Assembly: GCA_002269645.1 (NCBI GenBank) | Contig: NIVC01000978.1 | Span: forward strand, 1 to 64,000 | Length of the DNA: 64,000 bases | Origin: Macrostomum lignano | Taxonomy: Eukaryota | Reading direction: 5' to 3' | Shown here: positions 25,501 through 42,637 of the stretch, piece by piece | Position numbering within the stretch: position 1 is the stretch's first letter | How the letters are laid out: every line of letters starts with the position of its first letter | Program-made: the position numbers and the translations under genes | The notes under the pieces: generated by a model | Database searches by the model: none | Seen by the model: the letters and a program-made list of their open reading frames with translations, nothing else | Told to the model about the DNA's origin: nothing

Positions 25501-28500
25501 TGACATTCACTCCGAATCTCTCCTGACATTCACTCCGAATCTCTCCTGACATTCACTCCGAATCTCTCTGACATTCACTCCGAATCTCTCCTGACATTCA
25601 CTCCGAATCTCTCCTGACATTCACTCCGAATCTCTCCTGACATTCACTCCGAATCTCTCCTGACATTCACTCCGAATCTCTCCTGACATTCACTCCGAAT
25701 CTCTCCTGACATTCACTCCGAATCTCTCCTGACATTCACTCCGAATCTCTCCTGACATTCACTCCGAATCTCTCCTGACATTCACTCCGAATCTCTCCTG
25801 ACATTCACTCCGAATCTCTCCTGACATTCACTCCGAATCTCTCCTGACATTCACTCCGAATCTCTCCTGACATTCACTCCGAATCTCTCCTGACATTCAC
25901 TCCGAATCTCTCCTGACATTCACTCCGAATCTCTCCTGACATTCACTCCGAATCTCTCCTGACATTCACTCCGAATCTCTCTGACATTCACTCCGAATCT
26001 CTCCTGACATTCACTCCGAATCTCTCCTGACATTCACTCCGAATCTCTCCTGACATTCACTCCGAATCTCTCCTGACATTCACTCCGAATCTCTCCTGAC
26101 ATTCACTCCGAATCTCTCCTGACATTCACTCCGAATCTCTCCTGACATTCACTCCGAATCTCTCCTGACATTCACTCCGAATCTCTCCTGACATTCACTC
26201 CGAATCTCTCCTGACATTCACTCCGAATCTCTCCTGACATTCACTCCGAATCTCTCCTGACATTCACTCCGAATCTCTCCTGACATTCACTCCGAATCTC
26301 TCCTGACATTCACTCCGAATCTCTCCTGACATTCACTCCGAATCTCTCCTGACATTCACTCCGAATCTCTCCTGACATTCACTCCGAATCTCTCCTGACA
26401 TTCACTCCGAATCTCTCCTGACATTCACTCCGAATCTCTCCTGACATTCACTCCGAATCTCTCCTGACATTCACTCCGAATCTCTCCTGACATTCACTCC
26501 GAATCTCTCCTGACATTCACTCCGAATCTCTCCTGACATTCACTCCGAATCTCTCCTGACATTCACTCCGAATCTCTCCTGACATTCACTCCGAATCTCT
26601 CCTGACATTCACTCCGAATCTCTCCTGACATTCACTCCGAATCTCTCCTGACATTCACTCCGAATCTCTCCTGACATTCACTCCGAATCTCTCCTGACAT
26701 TCACTCCGAATCTCTCCTGACATTCACTCCGAATCTCTCCTGACATTCACTCCGAATCTCTCCTGACATTCACTCCGAATCTCTCCTGACATTCACTCCG
26801 AATCTCTCCTGACATTCACTCCGAATCTCTCCTGACATTCACTCCGAATCTCTCCTGACATTCACTCCGAATCTCTCCTGACATTCACTCCGAATCTCTC
26901 CTGACATTCACTCCGAATCTCTCCTGACATTCACTCCGAATCTCTCCTGACATTCACTCCGAATCTCTCCTGACATTCACTCCGAATCTCTCCTGACATT
27001 CACTCCGAATCTCTCCTGACATTCACTCCGAATCTCTCCTGACATTCACTCCGAATCTCTCCTGACATTCACTCCGAATCTCTCCTGACATTCACTCCGA
27101 ATCTCTCCTGACATTCCTCCGAATCTCTCCTGACATTCACTCCGAATCTCTCCTGACATTCACTCCGAATCTCTCCTGACATTCACTCCGAATCTCTCCT
27201 GACATTCACTCCGAATCTCTCCTGACATTCACTCCGAATCTCTCCTGACATTCACTCCGAATCTCTCCTGACATTCACTCCGAATCTCTCCTGACATTCA
27301 CTCCGAATCTCTCCTGACATTCCTCCGAATCTCTCCTGACATTCACTCCGAATCTCTCCTGACATTCACTCCGAATCTCTCTGACATTCACTCCGAATCT
27401 CTCCTGACATTCCTCCGAATCTCTCTGACATTCACTCCGAATCTCTCCTGACATTCACTCCGAATCTCTCCTGACATTCACTCCGAATCTCTCCTGACAT
27501 TCACTCCGAATCTCTCCTGACATTCACTCCGAATCTCTCCTGACATTCACTCCGAATCTCTCCTGACATTCCTCCGAATCTCTCCTGACATTCACTCCGA
27601 ATCTCTCCTGACATTCACTCCGAATCTCTCTGACATTCACTCCGAATCTCTCCTGACATTCACTCCGAATCTCTCCTGACATTCACTCCGAATCTCTCCT
27701 GACATTCACTCCGAATCTCTCCTGACATTCACTCCGAATCTCTCCTGACATTCACTCCGAATCTCTCCTGACATTCACTCCGAATCTCTCCTGACATTCA
27801 CTCCGAATCTCTCCTGACATTCACTCCGAATCTCTCCTGACATTCACTCCGAATCTCTCCTGACATTCACTCCGAATCTCTCCTGACATTCACTCCGAAT
27901 CTCTCCTGACATTCACTCCGAATCTCTCCTGACATTCACTCCGAATCTCTCCTGACATTCACTCCGAATCTCTCCTGACATTCACTCCGAATCTCTCCTG
28001 ACATTCACTCCGAATCTCTCCTGACATTCACTCCGAATCTCTCCTGACATTCACTCCGAATCTCTCCTGACATTCACTCCGAATCTCTCCTGACATTCAC
28101 TCCGAATCTCTCCTGACATTCACTCCGAATCTCTCCTGACATTCACTCCGAATCTCTCCTGACATTCACTCCGAATCTCTCCTGACATTCACTCCGAATC
28201 TCTCCTGACATTCACTCCGAATCTCTCCTGACATTCACTCCGAATCTCTCCTGACATTCACTCCGAATCTCTCCTGACATTCACTCCGAATCTCTCCTGA
28301 CATTCACTCCGAATCTCTCCTGACATTCACTCCGAATCTCTCCTGACATTCACTCCGAATCTCTCCTGACATTCACTCCGAATCTCTCCTGACATTCACT
28401 CCGAATCTCTCCTGACATTCACTCCGAATCTCTCCTGACATTCACTCCGAATCTCTCCTGACATTCACTCCGAATCTCTCCTGACATTCACTCCGAATCT

Positions 28501-31092
28501 CTCCTGACATTCACTCCGAATCTCTCCTGACATTCACTCCGAATCTCTCCTGACATTCACTCCGAATCTCTCCTGACATTCACTCCGAATCTCTCCTGAC
28601 ATTCACTCCGAATCTCTCTGACATTCACTCCGAATCTCTCCTGACATTCACTCCGAATCTCTCCTGACATTCACTCCGAATCTCTCCTGACATTCACTCC
28701 GAATCTCTCCTGACATTCACTCCGAATCTCTCCTGACATTCACTCCGAATCTCTCCTGACATTCACTCCGAATCTCTCCTGACATTCACTCCGAATCTCT
28801 CCTGACATTCACTCCGAATCTCTCCTGACATTCACTCCGAATCTCTCCTGACATTCACTCCGAATCTCTCCTGACATTCACTCCGAATCTCTCCTGACAT
28901 TCACTCCGAATCTCTCCTGACATTCACTCCGAATCTCTCCTGACATTCACTCCGAATCTCTCCTGACATTCACTCCGAATCTCTCCTGACATTCACTCCG
29001 AATCTCTCCTGACATTCACTCCGAATCTCTCCTGACATTCACTCCGAATCTCTCCTGACATTCACTCCGAATCTCTCCTGACATTCACTCCGAATCTCTC
29101 CTGACATTCACTCCGAATCTCTCCTGACATTCACTCCGAATCTCTCCTGACATTCACTCCGAATCTCTCCTGACATTCACTCCGAATCTCTCCTGACATT
29201 CACTCCGAATCTCTCCTGACATTCACTCCGAATCTCTCCTGACATTCACTCCGAATCTCTCCTGACATTCACTCCGAATCTCTTCTGACATTCACTCCGA
29301 ATCTCTCCTGACATTCACTCCGAATCTCCTGACATTCACTCCGAATCTCTCCTGACATTCACTCCGAATCTCCTGACATTCACTCCGAATCTCTCCTGAC
29401 ATTCACTCCGAATCTCTCTGACATTCACTCCGAATCTCTCCTGACATTCACTCCGAATCTCTCCTGACATTCACTCCGAATCTCTCCTGACATTCACTCC
29501 GAATCTCTCCTGACATTCACTCCGAATCTCTCCTGACATTCACTCCGAATCTCTCTGACATTCCTCCGAATCTCTCCTGACATTCACTCCGAATCTCTCC
29601 TGACATTCACTCCGAATCTCTCCTGACATTCACTCCGAATCTCTCCTGACATTCACTCCGAATCTCTCCTGACATTCACTCCGAATCTCTCCTGACATTC
29701 ACTCCGAATCTCTCCTGACATTCACTCCGAATCTCTCCTGACATTCACTCCGAATCTCTCCTGACATTCACTCCGAATCTCTCCTGACATTCACTCCGAA
29801 TCTCTCTGACATTCACTCCGAATCTCTCCTGACATTCACTCCGAATCTCTCCTGACATTCACTCCGAATCTCTCCTGACATTCACTCCGAATCTCTCCTG
29901 ACATTCACTCCGAATCTCTCCTGACATTCCTCCGAATCTCTCTGACATTCCTCCGAATCTCTCCTGACATTCACTCCGAATCTCTCTGACATTCACTCCG
30001 AATCTCTCCTGACATTCACTCCGAATCTCTCCTGACATTCACTCCGAATCTCTCCTGACATTCACTCCGAATCTCTCCTGACATTCACTCCGAATCTCTC
30101 CTGACATTCACTCCGAATCTCTCCTGACATTCACTCCGAATCTCTCCTGACATTCACTCCGAATCTCTCCTGACATTCACTCCGAATCTCTCTGACATTC
30201 ACTCCGAATCTCTCTGACATTCACTCCGAATCTCTCCTGACATTCACTCCGAATCTCTCTGACATTCACTCCGAATCTCTCCTGACATTCACTCCGAATC
30301 TCTCTGACATTCACTCCGAATCTCTCCTGACATTCACTCCGAATCTCTCCTGACATTCACTCCGAATCTCTCCTGACATTCACTCCGAATCTCTCCTGAC
30401 ATTCACTCCGAATCTCTCCTGACATTCACTCCGAATCTCTCCTGACATTCACTCCGAATCTCTCCTGACATTCACTCCGAATCTCTCCTGACATTCACTC
30501 CGAATCTCTCCTGACATTCACTCCGAATCTCTCCTGACATTCACTCCGAATCTCTCCTGACATTCACTCCGAATCTCTCCTGACATTCACTCCGAATCTC
30601 TCCTGACATTCACTCCGAATCTCTCCTGACATTCACTCCGAATCTCTCCTGACATTCACTCCGAATCTCTCCTGACATTCACTCCGAATCTCTCCTGACA
30701 TTCCTCCGAATATCTTCTGACATTCCTCCGAATCTCTCCTGACATTCCTCCGAATCTCCTGACATTCACTCCGAATCTCTGACATTCACTCCGAATCTCT
30801 CCTGACATTCACTCCGAATCTCTCCTGACATTCACTCCGAATCTCTCCTGACATTCACTCCGAATCTCTCCTGACATTCACTCCGAATCTCTCCTGACAT
30901 TCACTCCGAATCTCTCCTGACATTCACTCCGAATCTCTCCTGACATTCACTCCGAATCTCTCCTGACATTCACTCCGAATCTCTCCTGACATTCACTCCG
31001 AATCTCTGCTGACATTCACTCCGAATCTCTGCTGACATTCACTCTGAATCTCTCCTGACATTCACTCCGAATCTCTGCTGACATTCAGTGCA
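16542..31092. repeat. 23-bp minisatellite CTCTCCTGACATTCACTCCGAAT, roughly 630 copies (array 1)
   Basis: Directly visible. Includes 21/22-bp deletion variants, higher-order variant blocks at 17-23 kb and a nearly pure stretch at about 23.7-29.2 kb. Confidence 0.98.
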
Positions 31093-31447
31093 CTTACTTT
31101 CTGCAATAAGATACAATTACTGAGTTTGAAAAATAGGCAGAAACTTTGACAGTGTTTTTACTATTCAGAAAATCTATGTGTATTTGGCTTAAAAGAAAGC
31201 ATGTGAATTTTTTTAGGTAGAATTTGCTTCTAACAGAATATAGGTGGGATAAATTTTGCCAGAATTTAATAAAATCAAATTACTTAAACTTAATCTTCAA
31301 ACAAATTTAAGGCTGCTGAGAAGTAAAAAGTGAAAATATTTTGTTCGTTGAAAAAAGTTGATTTTGAGTATCAGGGAACGCTATTATTTTTTGTAGAGTA
31401 TTTCAAAATGTTCGATTCCATCCAACTTTCAAGTTTGCTTGCTGCTT

Positions 31448-32035
31448 TTAGAAGCTGCGCAGGGCAGCGGCCATCAGGAGCGGCACAGTCAGCGTCAGAG
31501 GAGCGGCAGCGCGAACAGCACCGAAGGCGGAGTTGCACTGGTCGGTGGTGCAGTTGGTGCAGGTGTAATAAGACGGAAAGATGCCAATGCAGGCGCCGCA
31601 TTCGCCAGTGTAGGCCTGAGAATGCGAGTGCGGTGAGAGCTCAGCTGCTTTGGATGGGGCCAAAAATTCTGAGACAGACTCAATCAGCTCATGCATTTAC
31701 TACTCACAGTACTGCTGAAATTGGCTTTATAGGTCGTAGGCGAATGGGTATGATATCGCACAATGCTTATCTTCTTGCAGGTGGTGACGGCGCTGCCGCA
31801 CTCCACTACAGTGGGGGTGCCGCGGAGACCTTCAATGCCCTCATGGCCATATACCAGACAGCTGATGGCGTGTCCAACACCTGCGTGTGAGCAGTTTTAG
31901 CAGATGATATTCAAATTCAGTTTATTTTATTGGCAGTACAAGAAAACTGCGTATTTCACATGCTTCAGTCAGCTTACCAACTAAGGCGGCCAGGACGCTT
32001 AGTCCCAGGAGAATCGAGTTGGTCTTCTTCAGCAT
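31448..32035 (-). CDS. GPI-anchored Ly6/uPAR (three-finger)-like protein B1, 132 aa, 3 exons
   Basis: Exons 32035-31978, 31880-31708 and 31615-31448 with GT-AG introns of 97 nt (phase 1) and 92 nt (phase 0). Spliced product: MLKKTNSILLGLSVLAALVGVGHAISCLVYGHEGIEGLRGTPTVVECGSAVTTCKKISIVRYHTHSPTTYKANFSSTAYTGECGACIGIFPSYYTCTNCTTDQCNSAFGAVRAAAPLTLTVPLLMAAALRSF. It has a signal peptide, 8 Cys ending CxxCxxDxCN, and a hydrophobic GPI-type tail. The family call rests on this pattern, not on a database search. Confidence 0.85.
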
Positions 32036-32130
32036 TTTGGTGGCGTATTCAGCAGTTTCTGTGGCAATGAGGCGACTATGAAGCGGAGTGTGAAACCTAC
32101 ATAGATGACCCAGAATCCCTACAGCGGTGC

Positions 32131-32311
32131 GGCTTTTTATGTAGATTGAGAACCTGGGGTGGGGCGTCTGCAGGGGTGGCTGTTAGGGATAGAATCCCCG
32201 AAATTTTTGCCCACCTGTGCAATGGTAGATTGTCCCGGCTATAGCTATCTAGAGGAGGGAAGATTTTGCGTCTATGGCAACTAGACTGACTCAGAGCCCG
32301 CTCTTAGCAAC
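32131..32311 (-). promoter_or_regulatory. Putative promoter of B1: CATAAAA box, RFX/X-box-like motifs, AP-1-like TGACTCA
   Basis: CATAAAAAG on the minus strand at ~32133-32141; CTATGGCAAC ending 32281; TGACTCA at 32287-32293; TTAGCAAC ending 32311. The same motifs are conserved in B2. Confidence 0.5.
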
Positions 32312-32885
32312 CAAAGGCATTCATCTAAGCCCCCCCCCGGCTCCCACCACCCACCTCAGCCTCAGCTGCAACTACGAGCAAGACAGATCCATAAAAACCT
32401 GCGGGTTTAAACTAACCAATTAGTTTGGTTTTATTGCTGGGACGACTTTATAAGATAATGCACTTAGAATCGAGTGAAGAACCTCCTGCAATGATCTAAG
32501 AAATCTTATCAGCTGCTGAAAAAACCTGAAAGTTTCGCTGTGCGGCTTGGTTTCAGATAGATAAATCTGAGAGATAGGGATATAGATAGGGAGATTGGGA
32601 GATTAGATAGATAGATAGATAGATATGCGATCAAACTGCCGGCCATGTTCTGGAGGTAGTCGCCTCACAGTCGAACGCACACCTTGGTACTGCTGGCCAT
32701 GTGGACGACTGTTTGGTTGTTGAGGTACTCTTGCTTGGCGGTGATGCGAGCTGTACCAGCTTCGGCTTTTGGTCGGCATAGGGAAACTGTGAGATTGCTT
32801 CACTGGTACCGGGAGAAGATAATGCAAAATGAAACCACGCACACAGTTGAAGCAAATTCACAATTTCTTTAATTCTAAGAAAAGA

Positions 32886-32922
32886 ACCGAATTTTCGACC
32901 TAAACAGGGTCTTCATCAGGGT
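32886..32922 (-). ncRNA. Minimal hammerhead-ribozyme-like motif (Penelope-like-element type)
   Basis: Minus strand reads ACC-CUGAUGA-A-GACC(CUGUUUA)GGUC-GAAA-AUUC-GGU: core boxes, a 4-bp stem II, a loopless palindromic stem III (AAUU), a UUC site and a 3-bp stem I. There is one extra A before stem II. Confidence 0.5.
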
Positions 32923-32979
32923 ATATTGTAAATAAAAAACTGTGAAAAAGGGCAAATTAAAACAGAGTTAAATATTTAC

Positions 32980-37237
<4,258 letters not shown>

Positions 37238-38848
37238 CAAGACGGACCCTAACCGATGGCGTGCTGCTCTAAAAGTCCTGACTATCTTTGTGTGCATCAA
37301 TCAGTTCTCAAAAAAGCAGCACTGACCGTGAGCAGTGTGTTGCAGGCCAAGCAGGAAGCAGTCGGACAGAACAATGTGAAAGTATCTCTTAACTGGTAGC
37401 CATGGCTACCTTGAGGGAGAGGGAGAGAATGAGAAAGGGAGAGAATGAGAGAGTGACAGAGTGAGAGAGTGGGAGAGTGGGAGAGTGGGAGATTGGGACA
37501 GAGAGCTACGCCTCTCCAGCCCCCCCCCCACGTTCAACTCTGTGCATGCATCGCTTTGTCGGGTAGAGGCGGAAGTGTTGCACTGGTCTTGAGACAATGA
37601 ACTCCCAAATGAGTACTGAGCTCTTTTTCTCAGAGCGTCCTTGACGACTAGCTCAAGGAAGCTAGTTGCTAGTAGTAGAAGCAAGTTGAGAGAATTTGGT
37701 TGAGTCATTGAGTACTAGTACAGTAGATCTTAGCCAAGTCAGTTGCTTCTTTCGCTGATGATAAGCATTTGACGTGAGATTTGATGCAAAAAGCTTTGTG
37801 CGTATTAAACTCAAATATCAGGCAAAACATAAGAGGCACATCCACAGACACCGTGGCAACAGTTTTGAACAATCGTTGCAAAACACTCTTGACCGTCACT
37901 ACGAATCTCTCTTGACCGTCACTTCGAATCTCTCTTGACCGTCACTCCGAATCTCTCTTGACCGTCACTCTGAATCTCTCTTGACCGTCACTCCGAATCT
38001 CTCTTGACCGTCACTCCGAATCTCTCTTGACCGTCACTCCGAATCTCTCTTGACCGTCACTCCGAATCTCTCTTGACCGTCACTCCGAATCTCTCTTGAC
38101 CGTCACTCCGAATCTCTCTTGACCATCACTCCGAATCTCTCTTGACCATCACTCCGAATCTCTCATAACCATCACTCCGAATCTCTCATGACCATCAGTC
38201 TTTTCAATTTCATCACTACCGCGATCCAGGAGACCATCGAAGAAAATGTGCCGGTCAGAAAAGGCCATTGCTAGTCCGCTATGCTAAAAATGGTTTGTCT
38301 CTAGGTCATGTTGGTAGGTAAATCGGTAGGCGGCAGGAGCGGCACGGCGGCTTTCTCCCAGCCTGCATGGTTGCTATGACAAAGTGGTAGGATGAGAGAC
38401 TCCACTGTTCTCACTCAAACCGCGTGCCCCCAGCACTCAACAGTTTTGTCAGTGAACAAGCTCCCAGCTGCGTACTCAGCCCTCTGTCAGAGGCTTTGTT
38501 GGGGAATGAGTCGTTAATCCGCCGTTGCTATGGGCAGCCTGGCAGGGCTCGCTTAACTCCCCTCCCCACTAGCAGCAGCTCCTGGCCCCTTCCATTTCCA
38601 TTGCTTAGGGCGCTTTAAAGACATGAAAGCTTACTAAAAGTACTTTTATTTTAGCAACTTTGCAAATGGATTGGTGTTAGCAGAAATTCGGATGAAGTAT
38701 GATAAAGCAGATAGTTTAAGTTGAGCCTTTACAATGTGGACTAGCAATCTGCGCCCCCTCCCCCCAGTTCGGGGAGGCAATAAAGAAAGTAATAATTTTT
38801 TTTGAATAAACAGCATGTAATTTTTTACCTCGAACAATAAATGTTGTT
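37238..38848. repeat. Segmental duplication block X (paralog at 48608-~50005)
   Basis: Collinear from CAAGACGGACCCTAACC onwards. Contains a GA-rich tract, a minisatellite and X-box-like motifs; visibly diverged (about 90% by eye, with indels). Confidence 0.9.
37886..38197. repeat. 23-bp minisatellite variant CTCTCTTGACCGTCACTCCGAAT, about 13 copies
   Basis: Directly visible; same family as array 1. Confidence 0.92.
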
Positions 38849-39415
38849 ACTTTTTTGAGGAAATTGATGCTTAAAACCTTCAGCAGTCTGACGGTAGGCG
38901 CTGCTTACCACAGTGACACCCTAATCTAAGCCTGATCTTTCGAGAAAGAAACAAGTCTATGGTTGACCACAGACCATTTCAGTCGGCTCTGGCAAGCAAG
39001 GAATTAAGCAACTGTTCCTTAGACCATTTTTCGGCCTGACTTAGAGCTCCAAAGCGTTTGTGGAAAATTTTGGAAATCTTTACTTAGTAATTTTACTTAG
39101 AGAGCATAAAAACGATGGTTGATCGATTTCACATAGTTTCAACGAAGAATTGAAATTGTAGTTCGAGTAACATATTTATAATCAGTTAGGACACATATGA
39201 ACAAATAATAGGAGCAGTGCAACGCAAGACAAATATCTATCTCCTTTTGATTGAACAGGATTTTCAAAAGTTTTTAGCAATAAGGCAGGTGAGAATCCGA
39301 TGGAAATGGGGATATTTTGGGAGCAATAAACTGGCAGCAGGCTCGTTCACACCGCCCTCAAACGATGTATTAACTAAATTTTACATGTGTGCAAAGATAT
39401 GAACTTTGAGGTGCA

Positions 39416-39900
39416 ATGAAGAGTTTAATCGGGTGGTGATCAGTCACCCGAAAACTCCCACTCTCAGACCTTAAGCCTGGGAACAAAATCAGTGATCACT
39501 TACGGGTAATCCGTCGACGTCGAAGTATTCCTCGAGTGCAGAAGTCAATATTATCAGAGATGCGCCCTAATAACAAAGTCAACTCTATAACAATGACGAG
39601 GTCCTCCAGAAAGAGCGTCTTCTTCTAGAAATAACGGAATGGGAGTCGTGTGCCCCAATCGGTTACTCTAGGGTATCAAAATCAATCAAATCAATAATCC
39701 TCTAAGAGTATCAGAATCGGTCCGCAGATCCTATCTAATCCCTTAGAAATAGGGAGGCCTCAAATTCAATTTATTTTCAAATTCACTCAGTAATTCAACT
39801 GATCAGTAACAGCCGGTAATAAAATCGCTCTCAATAATCAAATAAGGAAGACTCGAACAAAGGCTTACCAATCGGTTTAATTCTCCCTCAGAGATATAGC
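39416..39900 (-). repeat. Dispersed LTR-like repeat (copy 2, inverted)
   Basis: Reverse complement aligns to 15330-15778 and shares the terminus. A TATA-like GTATAAATA lies just upstream on the minus strand near 39985. Confidence 0.5.
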
Positions 39901-40257
39901 ATCGCTTAGCTGCTCCAGCAAGCTTAAAATCTTTGGAGGCTGCTCCGAGTATGAGGTTTCAGCTCGGATTTTTCGCTTGTATTTATACACAATTTTCGCG
40001 AACTATAAATAGTAACGTGACTCATCTTTTCGTTATAAATAGTAACATGATTCATAGTTTAAGTTTTGCTGCGTATGTGTGCATTGTTCTACTTTTTTAC
40101 AGTAGCATTCTATGAATGAATCTCTACAGTAAAACTTCTGAGAATTAGGACTCATTTTGTGACGGTGCGAGTGAGCCTTTATCAAACAGATTAACAAATT
40201 CCTTGGGTATCATTTTGCATTCTCACAAAGTACGAGTACAGTCTAAGAGTTACGTTT

Positions 40258-41207
40258 TCAAGCATGCCACTGCTGAAAGTAAACTTCCAAACAGAGCCCG
40301 GTTCTCCTGGGCACTCGGGGCAGCAGTAGATCGTGCGCTTGCTGCTTCCAGCCCGGTAGCAGATGCGACAGCGCTTTGTTGGCCTTGGCTGGCTGTCCCG
40401 TGGCGTGATCTTCTTTGGGAAATGCGAATTCACAGGACCGGCTGTCTGAGCAGCCTGAACGGCAGTCGCTGGTCGCCTCCTGCTCCTTCCAGTGCGCTCC
40501 ACCAGTTCCCGAATGCTGGCCTCCAAAAACTTAGCAAATGTTTTTTGTCCATCGCGTTGCGAATCATCTGCGTACATATGTGTAAACCGAGCTTTAAAAA
40601 CCACTTTTTCGTTTTCCTACCTGGCAGATGGGGCTGCATGTGGCTGTCCATTCTGTCAACACCGCCCATACACCGATTGTAGGAAAGTGCTGACCTACTC
40701 TTCTGCACCGTTGTTTCTACTCCTCCTCGAACAATTCGTTGGGTCTGAACCTTCTCAGCCGCCTCTTTGGTGTCCAGCAAATACAGCGTCTTCAATCCAC
40801 TCTCCTTTCTTTCGACGATATTTACAGCCAACACACGGTCTTTGCGCATGAAGGCAACATCGTTAGGTGGAACATACAGCTCTCTGAGTTCAACCGGAAC
40901 GCATCAGTCAGCTCGGACCGTACAAGTCAGGTGCGTTCCTTGAGCCAGAAGGTACTCCGACAGCCGATAGGATCCGAACCACTTGTCGACGAAGATGCGG
41001 TAGCCTTGGTGCAGCAGATGGTAGCAGAGCTCGACAACAACTTTCTTGCTGAAAGACAGGGTGTCTCCTTGCAATGGTTCATCAAACCGGCGATTCTCCT
41101 CTGGGCTTGAGTGGACACGAAAGTTGTACAGGTAGCCAGTTGCCGCCTCACAAGCACAATTACAACTTTATGCCATACTTTGCCCGCTTCGTTGGAATAC
41201 CTCGACC
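40258..41207 (-). mobile_element. piggyBac/PGBD-type DDD transposase, C-terminal two thirds, degenerate
   Basis: Minus strand motifs: IPTKRAKYGIK..LC...TGYLYNF, GYRIFVDKWFGS, YNRCMGGVDRMD, RKTKKWFLKL and a Cys-rich tail RCRICY...YCCPECPGEPGLC. Contains stops and frameshifts; the 5' part is missing. Confidence 0.88.
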
Positions 41208-42470
41208 GCAGCTACGACCTGAAACAACGAACACAGCGATTGAGGAAAGCCGGCTACGTGGTACAACGGAGACTAAAACACTCCAGGCTCCCAAAGAAGA
41301 TACAGGCCAGGGTCGTCGAAGCCTGCGTGGAATCTACCGCCCTCTTCGACTCAGCGATACGCCCATGGCACAAGAGAGAGATAAAAAACTACAAGCAAGT
41401 ATCGACAAAATATATCGGCACATCTGGAGCAACAAAACAAAACAGCCTTTACGCGAGATGGAAGAACGGGGAGTGAACATGTTCGAAGTGCGTAGACAAC
41501 TACAAGTAAGGAGCATCGAAACTAAAATAGAAATCAGAACGCTGGAAAGGACCGGCCACCTACTCCGTATGGAGAACTCCCGGATCACGAAGCAGGTAGC
41601 TCTAGGATGGCCAAAGAAGAAATTACCAAGGACGACAGCAAGAAAGCGCAAACAAACAACCATCGATTACTGGCGAAAAGTAATAAGAAAAGCTGGATAC
41701 GAACCGGACGACATCGAGCAGATCGCAAGAGACCGAGGATCTTGGAAAGCGGTAATCAAAGAAAGATTGGAACACATAACAAAATGAGAAGAGATGAAAG
41801 CGATGAACAAGAACACGGTCATGCCAAGGGACCAGACAGGACGTCAAACAGAGGACAGATACTGCACCATCTGCAACAGAGAGTTCAAGACTCACACGGG
41901 TCTGAAGATTCACAACACCAGGATGCATCGAGAACAAAGAGAAGAGGAGAAGAAGTGCCCAAGATGCGGAGACATCCTAAACAACAAAGCCAGCGAAACG
42001 AACCACCTGAAGACCTGCAAAGGCGCCCCGAAAGAGACATGCCCGTACTGTCTCCAGCCCAGAAGCGCCAGCAACATGGCGAGGCACATACGCACCTGTG
42101 CGCAGTACAACGACTTACAAACAGGATACCAACAAGAGGAAGAGGACCAAGACGCCGACACGACGGACAGGCCTGAACCCACCGAAGCACCGAGAAGAGC
42201 AAGACAAATTTAGAAAGACACCGGAGAGTTTGCACCGCAGAAAACCAATGAGTGGCATGCCTCTTAGGAGGTCGATTGGCCATACAAGAAAAGACAAGGC
42301 AAGCAACAGACTCTTCCAATTGTTATGGGAGATTGATGGACCTGGCCAGGAAAAAGCTGCACTGACGGAGTTGGACCAGGATTTGCATGAATTCCTCAAC
42401 TACCGCAGTTGGGCCATCCAACTCACAAGATTCGTCTTCTGATATGAAGGCCTCTTCATCATCAGCCCTC
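41208..42470 (+). mobile_element. 5'-truncated RTE-like non-LTR retrotransposon (post-RT region plus zinc fingers)
   Basis: DLKQRTQRLRKA, RTLERTGHLLRM, IARDRGSW, followed by CTICNREFKTHTGLKIHNTRMH, CPRC...HLKTC and CPYC...HIRTC. One frameshift near 41395 and one in-frame TGA near 41785. The 3' end is approximate. Confidence 0.8.
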
Positions 42471-42637
42471 ATTATGTCGGAAATCGATTGATTGTCTGTT
42501 ATGACTAGTAGATACTGTACTTTAAGAATGATCTAATTCAGTCGCAAATAATAGTTTATGAACGCTTTGATTTATACTTTTTCTTAGACTAATACATTCT
42601 TACCAGACTCCTGAAAGCCAGCTATCTAGTCGAAGAC

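Noticed and set aside
1-31092. CRISPR array
   Set aside because: The repeats are head-to-tail with no unique spacers, there are no cas genes, and the context is eukaryotic.
31330-31890. 186-aa and 161-aa plus-strand ORFs (also 46544-47029)
   Set aside because: Antisense shadows of the GC-rich Ly6-like exons.
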